NCBI GenBank assembly: GCA_002499545.1 | Contig: DAME01000028.1 | Coordinates: 5,684 to 69,683 of the forward strand | Direction of reading: 5' to 3' | From: Euryarchaeota archaeon UBA88 | GTDB taxonomy: Archaea > Thermoplasmatota > Poseidoniia > Poseidoniales > Poseidoniaceae | Length of the DNA stretch: 64,000 nt | Shown: positions 44,921-54,503 of the stretch, piece by piece | Layout of the letters: each line of letters begins with the position of its first letter | Position numbering within the stretch: position 1 is the first letter of the stretch | Made by a program: the position numbers and the translations under genes | Notes under the pieces: generated by a model | What the model was told of the DNA's origin: nothing | Databases searched by the model: none | What the model saw: only the letters and a program-made list of their open reading frames with translations

Positions 44921-45349
44921 ATGGGTCGAATTGTTGTACATCTTCACGGTAAAACAAAGCAAAGAGACCTTGAACGATTGTTTTCGATGTACGGTGAACG
45001 TGTTGCTTCGCGTGGAGTAAAGGTCCAATACCACTCAGAGAGGTTGTCTCCAGGTGCGTACATTGAGGTTCTACATCAACTAAAGGGCCGAGTCATACTG
45101 TTGGACGAATCCGGTGAAATGAGCACATCAGCATCATTTGCACAACAGGTCAAGAAATGGACCGTCGAAAGAGAATCCACACACCTTGTAATCGGACCTG
45201 CGGAAGGATGGCATTCTCAATCTGAGGCGTTTGAACGGTTTTCGTTGTCTAAAATGACTTTTCCTCACGAACTTGCAGGCGTGATGTTGATTGAGCAATT
45301 GTACAGAGCGACTGAAATTCTTCGCGGTTCAGATTATCACAAGGCGTGA
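44921..45349 (+). CDS. rlmH: 23S rRNA (pseudouridine-N3)-methyltransferase RlmH (SPOUT family)
   Basis: 142 aa. The segment ...ILLDESGE...HLVIGPAEGW...FSLSKMTFPHELAGVMLIEQLYRATEILRGSDYHK matches the RlmH C-terminal knot signature. Confidence 0.8.
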   Translation: MGRIVVHLHGKTKQRDLERLFSMYGERVASRGVKVQYHSERLSPGAYIEVLHQLKGRVILLDESGEMSTSASFAQQVKKWTVERESTHLVIGPAEGWHSQSEAFERFSLSKMTFPHELAGVMLIEQLYRATEILRGSDYHKA

Positions 45350-45396
45350 GCAAAGGGTCAAGAAGTCCCCTCAAATAGGACTTATGAGGGCGTACC

Positions 45397-46170
45397 GTGA
45401 TCAGCTTTGAGTCCGATACTTTACGATGGCTGTTCATCTTGTTCGAGGCGCTTATCGGGCTCATGCTCATCATTGGATCTCGGAGTCAACCATTCCCAAG
45501 GCCAGCGCAGCGGTTCGGCACACTGGTGATCGTTGTGGCCGGCGTGTTTGCTCTTGGGCAATTTGCTCCGTCTCCCGTATCACTTACGGGGCATTTGGTC
45601 ATCCTAACCGGGCTAGGCTCGTTCGGTCTTTTAGCCGGCATCTATCACCTGGTTCGAACACGAAGAGAGGTATTGATTGCCCCGTTCTCCGGGTTTCTCT
45701 TTTGCGTCGGCGTTACGGGTTTGATGGTTCAAACGTGGGATGAACTCAACAAATTGGAACACTGGGCCGGTTTCATTTCGCTGGTAGTATTGGGTGCAGG
45801 TCAAACATGGCTCGTGTTTCGGGGACTTCTCATTGGAAGACTTCCGCTGGCATGGAGTCAGGCTGGAATGGTAGCTTTGTACCGTGGGAAAATCAGTGGC
45901 CCTGACGGTGCGATAGCATGCTTTGAGAAAGGATGGGATGCTGAGGAAGAACACCTTAATCCAATGGCCTACCTTGCTCTACACAGGTTGAATCTCTTCA
46001 TTGGCGATGATAAAACGGCCGAGCAATGGTTCGAACTTTTGATGAGTGTAGGTGGTGAGAAAGGCGTTGCGATTGAATGGATTGAAGCAATCCATTCCGC
46101 TCTTTACGCACTTGACCCATCTTCGGCTGAGCGACTTCCGGTTGTGTTGAATAAAACCGAAGAAGAATGA
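45397..46170 (+). CDS. Membrane protein with a C-terminal TPR-like soluble region
   Basis: 257 aa with a GTG start. About 5 TM helices are followed by a helical tail (...ALYRGKISGPDGAIACFEKGWDAEEEHLNPMAYLALHRL...). Confidence 0.5.
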   Translation: MISFESDTLRWLFILFEALIGLMLIIGSRSQPFPRPAQRFGTLVIVVAGVFALGQFAPSPVSLTGHLVILTGLGSFGLLAGIYHLVRTRREVLIAPFSGFLFCVGVTGLMVQTWDELNKLEHWAGFISLVVLGAGQTWLVFRGLLIGRLPLAWSQAGMVALYRGKISGPDGAIACFEKGWDAEEEHLNPMAYLALHRLNLFIGDDKTAEQWFELLMSVGGEKGVAIEWIEAIHSALYALDPSSAERLPVVLNKTEEE

Positions 46171-46253
46171 CTTTTTCCGTCTTTATTTTCTGTATTCTAA
46201 ACGTTTTAGACACTTTAGGCTAAAATGGCGACTCATATTTACAAAGGTATTAA

Positions 46254-46559
46254 ATGCGTCAAAATCGATGTAGTATCATGAGAAAGTTGTTTGCAGCGCA
46301 GGATGATTGGAAACTTGGGACTATTTTTTGGTTCGCCGTTGTTGTATGGTTTTCCTCCAGCCTGCTTTCACAATCCGTGTATGTTGCCTTTTACGGCGAA
46401 CCATACGATGCAATTGTTCTTCTCAAAGAATTTGGAATACTGTATTACTTCATTCTAGGATTTGAACTGCTTCTGTGGATTGGAATTGCAGGAACGGTGT
46501 TGAAAAAAATGGTCCGAAAGTCACATATTTTTCCTTTGAACGGTGCTGCACCGGCATGA
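46254..46559 (+). CDS. Small membrane protein (hypothetical)
   Basis: 101 aa with two hydrophobic helices (TIFWFAVVVWFSSSLL, ILYYFILGFELLLWIGIAGTVL). An alternative start is ATG 46278. The gene lies in an AT-rich patch. Confidence 0.4.
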   Translation: MRQNRCSIMRKLFAAQDDWKLGTIFWFAVVVWFSSSLLSQSVYVAFYGEPYDAIVLLKEFGILYYFILGFELLLWIGIAGTVLKKMVRKSHIFPLNGAAPA

Positions 46560-46667
46560 CTCACTGCCCATCTCCGATATCGCGACGGTTTTGCTGACCC
46601 CTCAAAAATGCTCAAAATCATAGAATGCGTGCGATGACTTGAAGGTCCGTCAAGTAAAGGAACGCAT

Positions 46668-47153
46668 GTGAAAGAACATTCAGATACACCAATCTTTTCT
46701 GGACAACCTATGGAAGTCTGTTCTTTGGTTGATGCTGACGGCGCCCTTGAGATCCTTCCCAAAGGATGTCGCATCGTATCACTTGATGAAGCACGAGAAA
46801 ATTTGCCTAAGGCGACAGCGTGGCTTGCAGAATTACAGGCAATGAGTGATGTTGCCCATGACCTCACAGAGGAGTTGGAAGTACTCCTTGAATCCCTCGA
46901 AGCTGAAGATGAGCACGTTGTAGAGGTTGCTGATCAACTGGCAGAATTGGTCAAGCACTGGCAAACAGTTACGTCGAATATCGAAGCGACAGGGACAAGA
47001 ATTGCCAGCCTGGAGCCCGGCCGTTTAGAATGGTACGGCGTTGTCGACCAGAATCTCGCACTCTATTCATGGAGGTTCGGCGAAGAAGACATCGAATGGT
47101 ACCATCCGATTGATGCCAGTTTCTTTGCCCGAAAACCACTCATAGAGGCATGA
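46668..47153 (+). CDS. DUF2203-like protein
   Basis: 161 aa. A central acidic helix is followed by the C-terminal ...RLEWYGVVDQNLALYSWRFGEEDIEWYHPIDASFFARKPL. This resembles the DUF2203 signature (LCW+.GE..I.(F/Y)WH....GF.GR+P). Confidence 0.5.
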   Translation: MKEHSDTPIFSGQPMEVCSLVDADGALEILPKGCRIVSLDEARENLPKATAWLAELQAMSDVAHDLTEELEVLLESLEAEDEHVVEVADQLAELVKHWQTVTSNIEATGTRIASLEPGRLEWYGVVDQNLALYSWRFGEEDIEWYHPIDASFFARKPLIEA

Positions 47154-47176
47154 CCTCCCAGTGACGAGGCAGACCC

Positions 47177-47872
47177 ATGGTTCGTATCACTCGAGTGTAC
47201 ACTGGAACCGGTGATAAAGGTGAAACCTCTCTCGTGGATGGGTCTCGCCGTTCCAAAGCCGACCCACGAATTGAAGCGGTTGGCACGTGCGACGAGTTGA
47301 ATGCACTGTTTGGAATGCTTCACATGGAAGTGCAACGACTTCCAAAGCACGATGATGGTGGCCGTCGGGCTACAGTCCAACGCATCCAAACCGTTGTTGA
47401 CCTCGTACTTCCGCGAGTTCAAAGCGAATTATTTGACCTCGGTGCTGAACTTGCCTGCCCACCTTTGAAATTACCAGAATACATGGTGCTTCTTGGCCAG
47501 AAACAATCCGATGCTTTGGTCGCAGAAATGGACGCTTGGTTGGAGCAGCTTGAACCACTGACGAGTTTTATCTTACCTTCTGGAGAGGGCCCTGAAGCGG
47601 TTATGCACCTTGCTCGAACCGTCGCACGAAGACTCGAACGTTGCGTGTTGGGTTTATTGATGCATGAAGGTGAAGACGCTGTTCGCCCCCTCGTTCTGGT
47701 GTATCTCAATCGTTTATCCGACTGGTTGTTTGTTTTTGGTCGCTGGATGTGTGCTTGCCTCGGGAATAATGAATCACTTTGGATGCCACTTGGAAAGCGC
47801 GGCCCGGAAGATGGCGTCGCCAGTTTAATTCGCAAGTTGGGTCAACGAGATGAAGAGATTAACAATCTCTAA
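47177..47872 (+). CDS. pduO: ATP:cob(I)alamin adenosyltransferase, PduO/MMAB type
   Basis: The N-terminus is MVRITRVYTGTGDKGETSLVDGSRRSKADPRIEAVGTCDELNA, which matches the family signature. The rest of the protein is helical-bundle-like. Confidence 0.85.
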   Translation: MVRITRVYTGTGDKGETSLVDGSRRSKADPRIEAVGTCDELNALFGMLHMEVQRLPKHDDGGRRATVQRIQTVVDLVLPRVQSELFDLGAELACPPLKLPEYMVLLGQKQSDALVAEMDAWLEQLEPLTSFILPSGEGPEAVMHLARTVARRLERCVLGLLMHEGEDAVRPLVLVYLNRLSDWLFVFGRWMCACLGNNESLWMPLGKRGPEDGVASLIRKLGQRDEEINNL

Positions 47873-48297
47873 TCACGACCAATCGACACCATGTGCTGGT
47901 GTGCATCAGCAAGAATTGCTCTGCTCTCAGGATGGGTGGCTTGTTCCATGGCTTGTTCCCAATCCAGCCACATGTATCCGCGGTGTTCATGAGAGAGTTT
48001 GATCGAAATTCGTTCTGTCTCAGCGATGTACCAAAACACCTGTTTTGTCCTCTTTTTTCCTTTGTGGCGGTATGAATACTCACTTCTTCGCTCAAATGCC
48101 TCGATGAACTCTATCTCATCAATCCCGGTTTCTTCTTTCAGTTCACGCCTCGCAGTCTGGTGATGGCTATGGTCAGTCTCTTCGACATGCCCCTTCGGAA
48201 AATCCCAATGTCCCTGGGGATATTGAAGCAGTAGAACGGTTCCAAAGTTGACTAAGACGACTCCGCACGAGGTCTCCATGTGCCTCGCACAACTCAA
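47869..48297 (-). CDS. NUDIX hydrolase (Ap4A-hydrolase-like)
   Basis: 142 aa. The Nudix box is GHWDFPKGHVEETDHSHHQTARRELKEETGI. The HWDFPKG context is typical of the Ap4A/NTP pyrophosphohydrolase subgroup. Confidence 0.8.
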   Translation of the reverse strand: MSCARHMETSCGVVLVNFGTVLLLQYPQGHWDFPKGHVEETDHSHHQTARRELKEETGIDEIEFIEAFERRSEYSYRHKGKKRTKQVFWYIAETERISIKLSHEHRGYMWLDWEQAMEQATHPESRAILADAHQHMVSIGRD

Positions 48298-48312
48298 TAG
48301 GTCAAGTCAATT

Positions 48313-49371
48313 GTGGAGTTAATTCAACTGAAAACCTTCTTCAACAGGTTCCACGCGCTTGCCGATATGACCGGTGATGATGGACTCTTACGGCAGGCAG
48401 GATTACCATCATTCACACGTATTATCGCTGATTCAGACCTTGACGGACTTTGTGCAGCCGCCGTACTCAAAGCCGCAAACCCAGGTGCTGAAGTTCGCTT
48501 CGCTCATGCTGCACTGGTACGTTCCGGTTCGCTTGACCACTTAATCGACCGTTCAACCGCGATGGTGGACCTCCCATTTCATCCTCAATGCGGATGGTAC
48601 CTCGACCATCACCAAACCAATCGGCCTAGTCCATCCGAGGAAGCACTGTTCGTGGAAGCGGGTGGTACATGCCACTGGGAAGCAACCCCTTCCGCAGCCC
48701 GATTGGCATTTGACGTACTGAGTCCGTACATCGATTTGAGCCATCTCGAAGAAATAATGCCAGTCGTCGACGCGCTTGACTCTGGTCAAATCACCCGGGA
48801 AGAATTTCTCGATGACGGCCCTATTCTGCAACTTGCTCGTTCACTTTCTATGCGGGAGTCTGAACACATGCACCACGTGCTTGGGATGTTTTCCAAAGGC
48901 GCAACGCTTGCCGAAGTCCTTCACGATTCTGCTATCTCGAAGCACATCGCTCGTGCGAAAGAAGAACGCGTTCTTGCACAAGCCGTCGTTGAACAACACA
49001 CCAAAATTGTCGACCGCCTCGCAATCTGCCGCATGGATGAAAAAGGTGTCCGCTCCAACGGTTATCTGGTCACTGCATGGGCCGGAGAACGTGCTGACGC
49101 ATGCTGCATTATCCACGGGTACAAAGACGGTTCAATTGATACGCCTGAACGCCCTGCATTATCAGCGAGTTTTTACGCCAATTCGTTTCTACAAAACGGT
49201 CAAGGGCGGTACGATTTATCCAGGCTCGCTACCGCTTTGGACCCGACCGGCGGCGGTCATGCAAACGCTTGCGGATGCCGCATACAACCCCCTGGAATTG
49301 AAGTAAATCTAGAGCATTGGATGGGTCTTTGGAACGACAGAGAGAAAGCACTTGCTGTTCAGCCTCGCTAA
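48313..49371 (+). CDS. DHH/DHHA1-family phosphoesterase
   Basis: The motifs are ADSDLDGLCAAAVL (motifs I/II), YLDHHQTN (DHH motif III) and C-terminal GGGHANACG (DHHA1). The start is GTG in the track. Confidence 0.7.
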   Translation: MELIQLKTFFNRFHALADMTGDDGLLRQAGLPSFTRIIADSDLDGLCAAAVLKAANPGAEVRFAHAALVRSGSLDHLIDRSTAMVDLPFHPQCGWYLDHHQTNRPSPSEEALFVEAGGTCHWEATPSAARLAFDVLSPYIDLSHLEEIMPVVDALDSGQITREEFLDDGPILQLARSLSMRESEHMHHVLGMFSKGATLAEVLHDSAISKHIARAKEERVLAQAVVEQHTKIVDRLAICRMDEKGVRSNGYLVTAWAGERADACCIIHGYKDGSIDTPERPALSASFYANSFLQNGQGRYDLSRLATALDPTGGGHANACGCRIQPPGIEVNLEHWMGLWNDREKALAVQPR

Positions 49372-49397
49372 TCGTGTCGCCGGTGGATTGAAGGACG

Positions 49398-52300
49398 GTG
49401 GGTTCAGCCAACGATTTAGGGGGAGGCAACTTGCAAGAAAATCACTTGGCGACTTGCCTCGAAGCTGCGTTCAAAAACAACGCACCAAAACAACGAAGAC
49501 AAGCACTCGTTGTACGTATTCCAGATTGGCAACTTCTCGAGAAATCATGGCGCCCGCTTTTGCTTCTTGCTCTAGCAGAAACTGAATTGCCATCCGCAGA
49601 TGAAGACGGTGAATCAACGCCACGGCGCCGCTCCTCATCGGCGAGAAACCGTAGCCGTCGTGGGGGTCGTGGCGTGTCAGACCCGATGGATTCACTTCCA
49701 TCTGCCCTTGAAATGCTTCTCCCTTCAGACTATTCAGACGCTTTTCGTTTAGCAGTCTTGCTGGTTCACAAGTTGCTGAACAAGGATGATTGGGATACGG
49801 CTTGGGAATCGACAGAAACCACGCTTCGAACTTCGTGCCTTGAGAAAGGCGTCCACCCTGTATGGCACGACATGGCTTTGAGAACACCCCTACTCGGTCA
49901 GTTTGCAGGGTTCCCAAAGGCGAAGCTATCAGCCAAAAATACAGCCAAGAAAGTCAGCCTTGACCTGGCATACATCGACCCTTTTAGTTCCCAAGACCTC
50001 ATCGTGGCGATTGAATCAATCGCGCCATCCGTTACCGATGCTGAAACACAAGTTGCCTTACGCGGTGTGGTTTCGCAACTTTCTTCTGGCCGTCAACTGC
50101 AGCCAGCACAAGTTCTGTATGACATGAAAAGTTCAGCTTCCGCACTGAGTTACCTGTTTGCTCTAGCGACTGGCCACGACTCATCCAATGCCGAGGCAAC
50201 CCTGTCGAAAATTGATGCAGAACTGACTTCACAACTCAACGATTACAGAGATCTTCGTAACGGCATTCTTGTCGATTGGAACGCTTCAAGAAACGCAGAT
50301 GGGGATGGTTCACTTTCGAATGCTCGACGCCTTCTCGCATGGCAAAATGCCCCGGCCGAAGCAGCGAACTTATCTTCAACTGAATTGGCTGAAGGTCTTG
50401 AAATTCTCAAGCAGTCTTCGGCTCATTCATCGCATATTGAGAAAATAATGTGGTGGCGGCTTCTCGCCCTTGAAAGTGAAGGGCTAACCGATGAAGCAGT
50501 CCTTCTTTTGACCAGCCTCAAACTCGATTCACATACTGAAATATCGACTCTTCTGCCTCTACTGGTCTCACTTTCGAGCAACGAAGTTGACGAATGGCTT
50601 CACACGCAAATACCCCATCTTGATGATGGGGCACTGGTATCGCTCATCCAAACAAAAGATATCTCGTCAGCCTTGAGACTTGCTGCATCAAACCGACTCT
50701 CCGTTCAAGAAGGTGAAGCATGGGAGTCCGTCCTACCACTCATCATTGACATTTACACTGAGTCAATGCAACTCAAACCACTGGCACACATCATTACGTC
50801 CAATTCCCTCATTCCTCTTTCACATCCATACGAAACGCTGCTCGTATCCCATCTTCTTGACGCAGGACATGAATCAAATCTTTGGGAGCAAGTCCGTGCT
50901 GCACGCCGCACTGCCCTATCTTCGATTTACAGCACCGATGCCCCCGAATCGTTTTCATCGACTTCCCAAGCCCTGTTGATGTTGTTTGAAGGTGAAAATT
51001 TTGAAGACAACAGGCTTACGACGGTTCTGGACCGGCAAGGTTTACGCGCCTTTGGTCCAATTCGTCAAGCGCTTCGTGATGGTGGAACTGGAATCGTATC
51101 TTCGACCAACCTCGCTAACCTCGAAGAGAGCATCTCTTCAGCAGATTTGACCGTAATGGAGCGCCGTTTATTCACGGCTGTCATCGCCACGCTCCGCCTC
51201 AACCACGTCGCTTTAATGCTACAACATGCGACTGGTGACGAATCAACGATTCAGACACTCAACACTCTTCTCAGCGGGGACCAGATTCCTACGGGCATGA
51301 TTCACACGGTACGCCACTTGGTGTTGGAGCACGACATTGGCCTGCCTTCCCTCGTGCGTTGGTACCAAACCCACGATGCTCTTTCACCGTGGCATATTCT
51401 CGCCCGAGCTGCAGTTTCAGCCTCAAAGAACGATGAATTGAATGCAGCCCGCGATTATCGACGTGCTGGTGACCACGATGCATTCGATTACGAGCACTCC
51501 CTTACTCTCTACCGAAAGGCTTTGATTCATTTGGCGCTAGCCGAACAGTGGAAAGAGGCAGTCGAATTGCTCGATGCACAGCCGGCACTCCGTAGTGCAA
51601 TCACTCGCCGATTCCAACTCTATCTCCAAGTATCGTACACCGCACGCGCTAAAGATACCAATTCTGCCACCCGGATCCTCAAAGACTTCGTTAAGCGAAC
51701 GAAGGTTGTCACAGAAGAAGACGAACAGGGCAACATGGTCGAGGTGACCAAGGTCTATCACGCTGAAGACGACTTGGATATGCTGAAAACCTACCCTCTT
51801 GAACATCCTCGACCACTTCCAACCCACCCATTTTGTGGACGAGTAACTGCAGCATCCAGTTCGCTGCATAAGAATCACCGCCGACAAAAGAACACCTTCG
51901 ACATTCGTTTCAATCAGCTCATGCAGAGCGGTTCCCCTACCGCAGAAGAGGTGCATGAACTTGCTATTGAAGCATCCAAAGTCCGCCCTGTTGACGGCCT
52001 TATGTTCCTAGAGCGGGCGCAAAACAGTGAACATTTCAGTGAATCAGAACTCCGTGCTCTGGCAGGTTCTGAAAAAGCACTGTTTTCGCAATACAGGTCG
52101 CAAATTCCAAACGCATCTCGTCGCTACCTTCGCAATCTTTCGCTTTCTCCATTGGTTATCATTGATACTAACATCTTGGTCGATGCGCTCATTGATCGCA
52201 TTGGACGTAAATTACACTTGGTTGGGGAAGCCAGTTTGGATATTTTAGGCCAAGGTGGTTTCCACAAGGTTCTTCTCAGTAAAGCAAAGGAAGGCCGACT

Positions 52301-52832
52301 GCATCTCTGGCTGCCCAGTATCGTAAAGCAAGAACTCACTGGTATTGCAACCAACACGTCGATGTTACGAAATCGATTCGACGATGCCCTGGTATCGCAA
52401 GACTTGCTTGATGAAGTCTTCAAGCCAAAGGTACTCGATTCTCTTGTGAATGAGGTCCTCAGTGATTATGACACTTGGAGCCCACTCGACCTTGAAATTG
52501 AAAAGGATTCTAACTCGTCTGAAAACCGAGCGACGATTCAGAATTTCCTTCTCGACTATACTGAAATCTATGAAGAAATAACCGATATGAAGCGAACACG
52601 GGGAGAACCCGTTCGTACGGTTATCAACGGAAAGGACATCTATCCTGAATCACCTGATCGAACACTAATGTGCATCGCTACACAACTCGCCAGCCAATCT
52701 TTGCAGGATTTAGGTACTGTTCTTGTTGCTACACGAGACGGTGACTTCACACTGGTAGGTCGAGCATTCGAAGAGCGCTTCGGCTTTGGAGTGGCAAAGA
52801 ACAGTCGCTCACTGAACGCTTGGTTACGATGA
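49398..52832 (+). CDS. Large (1144 aa) protein: orphan helical-repeat N-terminal region plus a C-terminal PIN-domain nuclease
   Basis: About 900 aa look alpha-helical and TPR-like with no recognised motif. The C-terminal PIN motifs are VIIDTNILVDAL (Asp at nt 52164-52166), IVKQEL, SPDRTLMCIA and VATRDGDF. These give four acidic positions in PIN order. The start is GTG at 49398. Confidence 0.7.
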   Translation: MGSANDLGGGNLQENHLATCLEAAFKNNAPKQRRQALVVRIPDWQLLEKSWRPLLLLALAETELPSADEDGESTPRRRSSSARNRSRRGGRGVSDPMDSLPSALEMLLPSDYSDAFRLAVLLVHKLLNKDDWDTAWESTETTLRTSCLEKGVHPVWHDMALRTPLLGQFAGFPKAKLSAKNTAKKVSLDLAYIDPFSSQDLIVAIESIAPSVTDAETQVALRGVVSQLSSGRQLQPAQVLYDMKSSASALSYLFALATGHDSSNAEATLSKIDAELTSQLNDYRDLRNGILVDWNASRNADGDGSLSNARRLLAWQNAPAEAANLSSTELAEGLEILKQSSAHSSHIEKIMWWRLLALESEGLTDEAVLLLTSLKLDSHTEISTLLPLLVSLSSNEVDEWLHTQIPHLDDGALVSLIQTKDISSALRLAASNRLSVQEGEAWESVLPLIIDIYTESMQLKPLAHIITSNSLIPLSHPYETLLVSHLLDAGHESNLWEQVRAARRTALSSIYSTDAPESFSSTSQALLMLFEGENFEDNRLTTVLDRQGLRAFGPIRQALRDGGTGIVSSTNLANLEESISSADLTVMERRLFTAVIATLRLNHVALMLQHATGDESTIQTLNTLLSGDQIPTGMIHTVRHLVLEHDIGLPSLVRWYQTHDALSPWHILARAAVSASKNDELNAARDYRRAGDHDAFDYEHSLTLYRKALIHLALAEQWKEAVELLDAQPALRSAITRRFQLYLQVSYTARAKDTNSATRILKDFVKRTKVVTEEDEQGNMVEVTKVYHAEDDLDMLKTYPLEHPRPLPTHPFCGRVTAASSSLHKNHRRQKNTFDIRFNQLMQSGSPTAEEVHELAIEASKVRPVDGLMFLERAQNSEHFSESELRALAGSEKALFSQYRSQIPNASRRYLRNLSLSPLVIIDTNILVDALIDRIGRKLHLVGEASLDILGQGGFHKVLLSKAKEGRLHLWLPSIVKQELTGIATNTSMLRNRFDDALVSQDLLDEVFKPKVLDSLVNEVLSDYDTWSPLDLEIEKDSNSSENRATIQNFLLDYTEIYEEITDMKRTRGEPVRTVINGKDIYPESPDRTLMCIATQLASQSLQDLGTVLVATRDGDFTLVGRAFEERFGFGVAKNSRSLNAWLR

Positions 52833-52834
52833 AA

Positions 52835-54061
52835 TCACATGTGTGAAATCATTGCATCGCCAAAGGCACTGCATGACAATAACGTTGCTCCATCCATGAG
52901 TCGCTCAAAATCATAGGTGACGGTTTGAGCAGAGATTGCTCCTTCCATTCCTTTGACAATCAAGTCAGCAGCTTCGAGCCAGCCCATGTGACGCAACATC
53001 ATTTCAGCGGAGAGAATGAGAGAGCCAGGGTTCACCTTGTTTTGACCGGTGTACTTGGGAGCGGTTCCGTGTGTAGCTTCAAAGATTGCAATTCCCGTGT
53101 CGTAATTGATGTTCGCACCAGGGGCAATTCCAATTCCACCAACTTGAGCAGCGAGCGCATCAGAAATGTAATCACCGTTCAGATTCATTGTAGTGAGAAC
53201 GGAATATTCAGCAGGTCGGGTGATGATTTGTTGCAGCATCGCATCCGCGATGACATCTTTGATGAGAATCACTCGTCCAGTGTTTGGATTTTTCATGGTG
53301 CACCACGGCCCGCCGTCAAGTTCAGTTGCTCCAAATTCTTCTTTTGCAAGGGCGTAGCCCCAGTCTCTGAAACCACCCTCGGTGAACTTCATGATGTTTC
53401 CTTTGTGGACGATAGTGACACTTTCCTTGTCGTTGTCGATTGCATATTGTATCGCTGCACGAACAATTCGAGCAGTTCCTTCTTGTGAGATTGGTTTGAT
53501 TCCTATTCCTGACGTATCCGGGAATCGGATTTTATCAACACCCATTTCATTTTGTAGAAAATCGATGACTTTCTTGACTTCTGCACTGCCTGCTTCCCAT
53601 TCAATTCCAGCGTACACGTCTTCGCTGTTTTCGCGGAAAATAATCATGTCCACGTCTCCAGGAGATTTGACAGGAGAAGGCGTACCGTCGTACCATCGTA
53701 CAGGTCGAACACAAGCGTACAGGTCGAGCTTTTGTCGCAGTGCGACGTTCAATGAGCGGATACCGCCGCCGACTGGTGTCGTGAGAGGCCCCTTGATAGA
53801 GACTAATCCATTGCGCATTGCGTCTAGAGTAGCTTGTGGCAGCCATTCACCAGTTGCGTTGAATGCTTTTTCACCGGCGAGAACTTCCGACCACACGATC
53901 TGCTTTTCGCCATCATATGCTTGACGTACTGCAGCATTGACGACTTTCATCATTACGGGGGTTATGTCGATTCCAATACCATCGCCTTCGATGTAATAGA
54001 TAACAGGGTCATTGGGTATGTGAAGGGCTCCGTTTTTCATCGTTACAGGTGTTCCAGACAT
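52835..54061 (-). CDS. icd: NADP-dependent isocitrate dehydrogenase
   Basis: The motifs are [56 protein letters not shown] and GTAPKY. I prefer ATG 54061 ([11 protein letters not shown]...) to the track start at 54082. Confidence 0.9.
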   Translation of the reverse strand: MSGTPVTMKNGALHIPNDPVIYYIEGDGIGIDITPVMMKVVNAAVRQAYDGEKQIVWSEVLAGEKAFNATGEWLPQATLDAMRNGLVSIKGPLTTPVGGGIRSLNVALRQKLDLYACVRPVRWYDGTPSPVKSPGDVDMIIFRENSEDVYAGIEWEAGSAEVKKVIDFLQNEMGVDKIRFPDTSGIGIKPISQEGTARIVRAAIQYAIDNDKESVTIVHKGNIMKFTEGGFRDWGYALAKEEFGATELDGGPWCTMKNPNTGRVILIKDVIADAMLQQIITRPAEYSVLTTMNLNGDYISDALAAQVGGIGIAPGANINYDTGIAIFEATHGTAPKYTGQNKVNPGSLILSAEMMLRHMGWLEAADLIVKGMEGAISAQTVTYDFERLMDGATLLSCSAFGDAMISHM

Positions 54062-54080
54062 GGCAACCAGTCCAAGCCAC

Positions 54081-54503
54081 ATGCATCCCCTTCAAGAATC
54101 AACCGCCCCTCGGAGTTTCATGCAGGGGCGCGTCGAATGGACCGGTGGACATGGCTTAAAATGTATAAATTCCAATGAACAGTCGCTTGATTTGGATTGG
54201 GAAGACGGTCCATCGCCAATGCAGGTCACACTGCAAATGATTGGTGCATGCTCACTTGTTGACGTTGTTGTAGGATTGAAAGACCGGACATTCACCGATG
54301 CTTGGGTTGAAATGGATAGCATTCGGGCAGAGTCGTCTCCACGTGTCTTCAAATCAGTCGAAATGGTCTACCATGTTCGCGGTGATATTCCCGAAAAACT
54401 CCTTCATAGAATTATTGAGAAAAGCCATGAAAAATACTGCAGTGTTTCAAACATGTTCACTGATGTGAACATGACATTTAGCTCAGTAGTTCATCGAGAT
54501 TAA
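54081..54503 (+). CDS. OsmC/Ohr-family peroxiredoxin-like protein
   Basis: The layout ...[22 protein letters not shown]...[14 protein letters not shown] has the two conserved Cys positions and the length of the OsmC family. The start is uncertain (ATG 54081 or 54120). The gene is divergent from icd. Confidence 0.65.
   Translation: MHPLQESTAPRSFMQGRVEWTGGHGLKCINSNEQSLDLDWEDGPSPMQVTLQMIGACSLVDVVVGLKDRTFTDAWVEMDSIRAESSPRVFKSVEMVYHVRGDIPEKLLHRIIEKSHEKYCSVSNMFTDVNMTFSSVVHRD

Noticed and set aside
46171-46667. AT-rich, low-coding-density patch, considered as a possible ncRNA (for example C/D-box sRNA) or mobile-element remnant
   Set aside because: I found no C box (RUGAUGA) / D box (CUGA) pairing, no convincing stem-loops, no direct or inverted terminal repeats, and no integrase. 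The small two-TM ORF explains most of it.
48776-49306. 176-aa alternative-frame ORF on the plus strand
   Set aside because: It is off-frame within the DHH/DHHA1 gene, whose GGGH motif lies in the other frame.
52925-53924. Two overlapping plus-strand ORFs (187 aa and 180 aa)
   Set aside because: Both are antisense to isocitrate dehydrogenase, one of the most confidently identified genes in the window.
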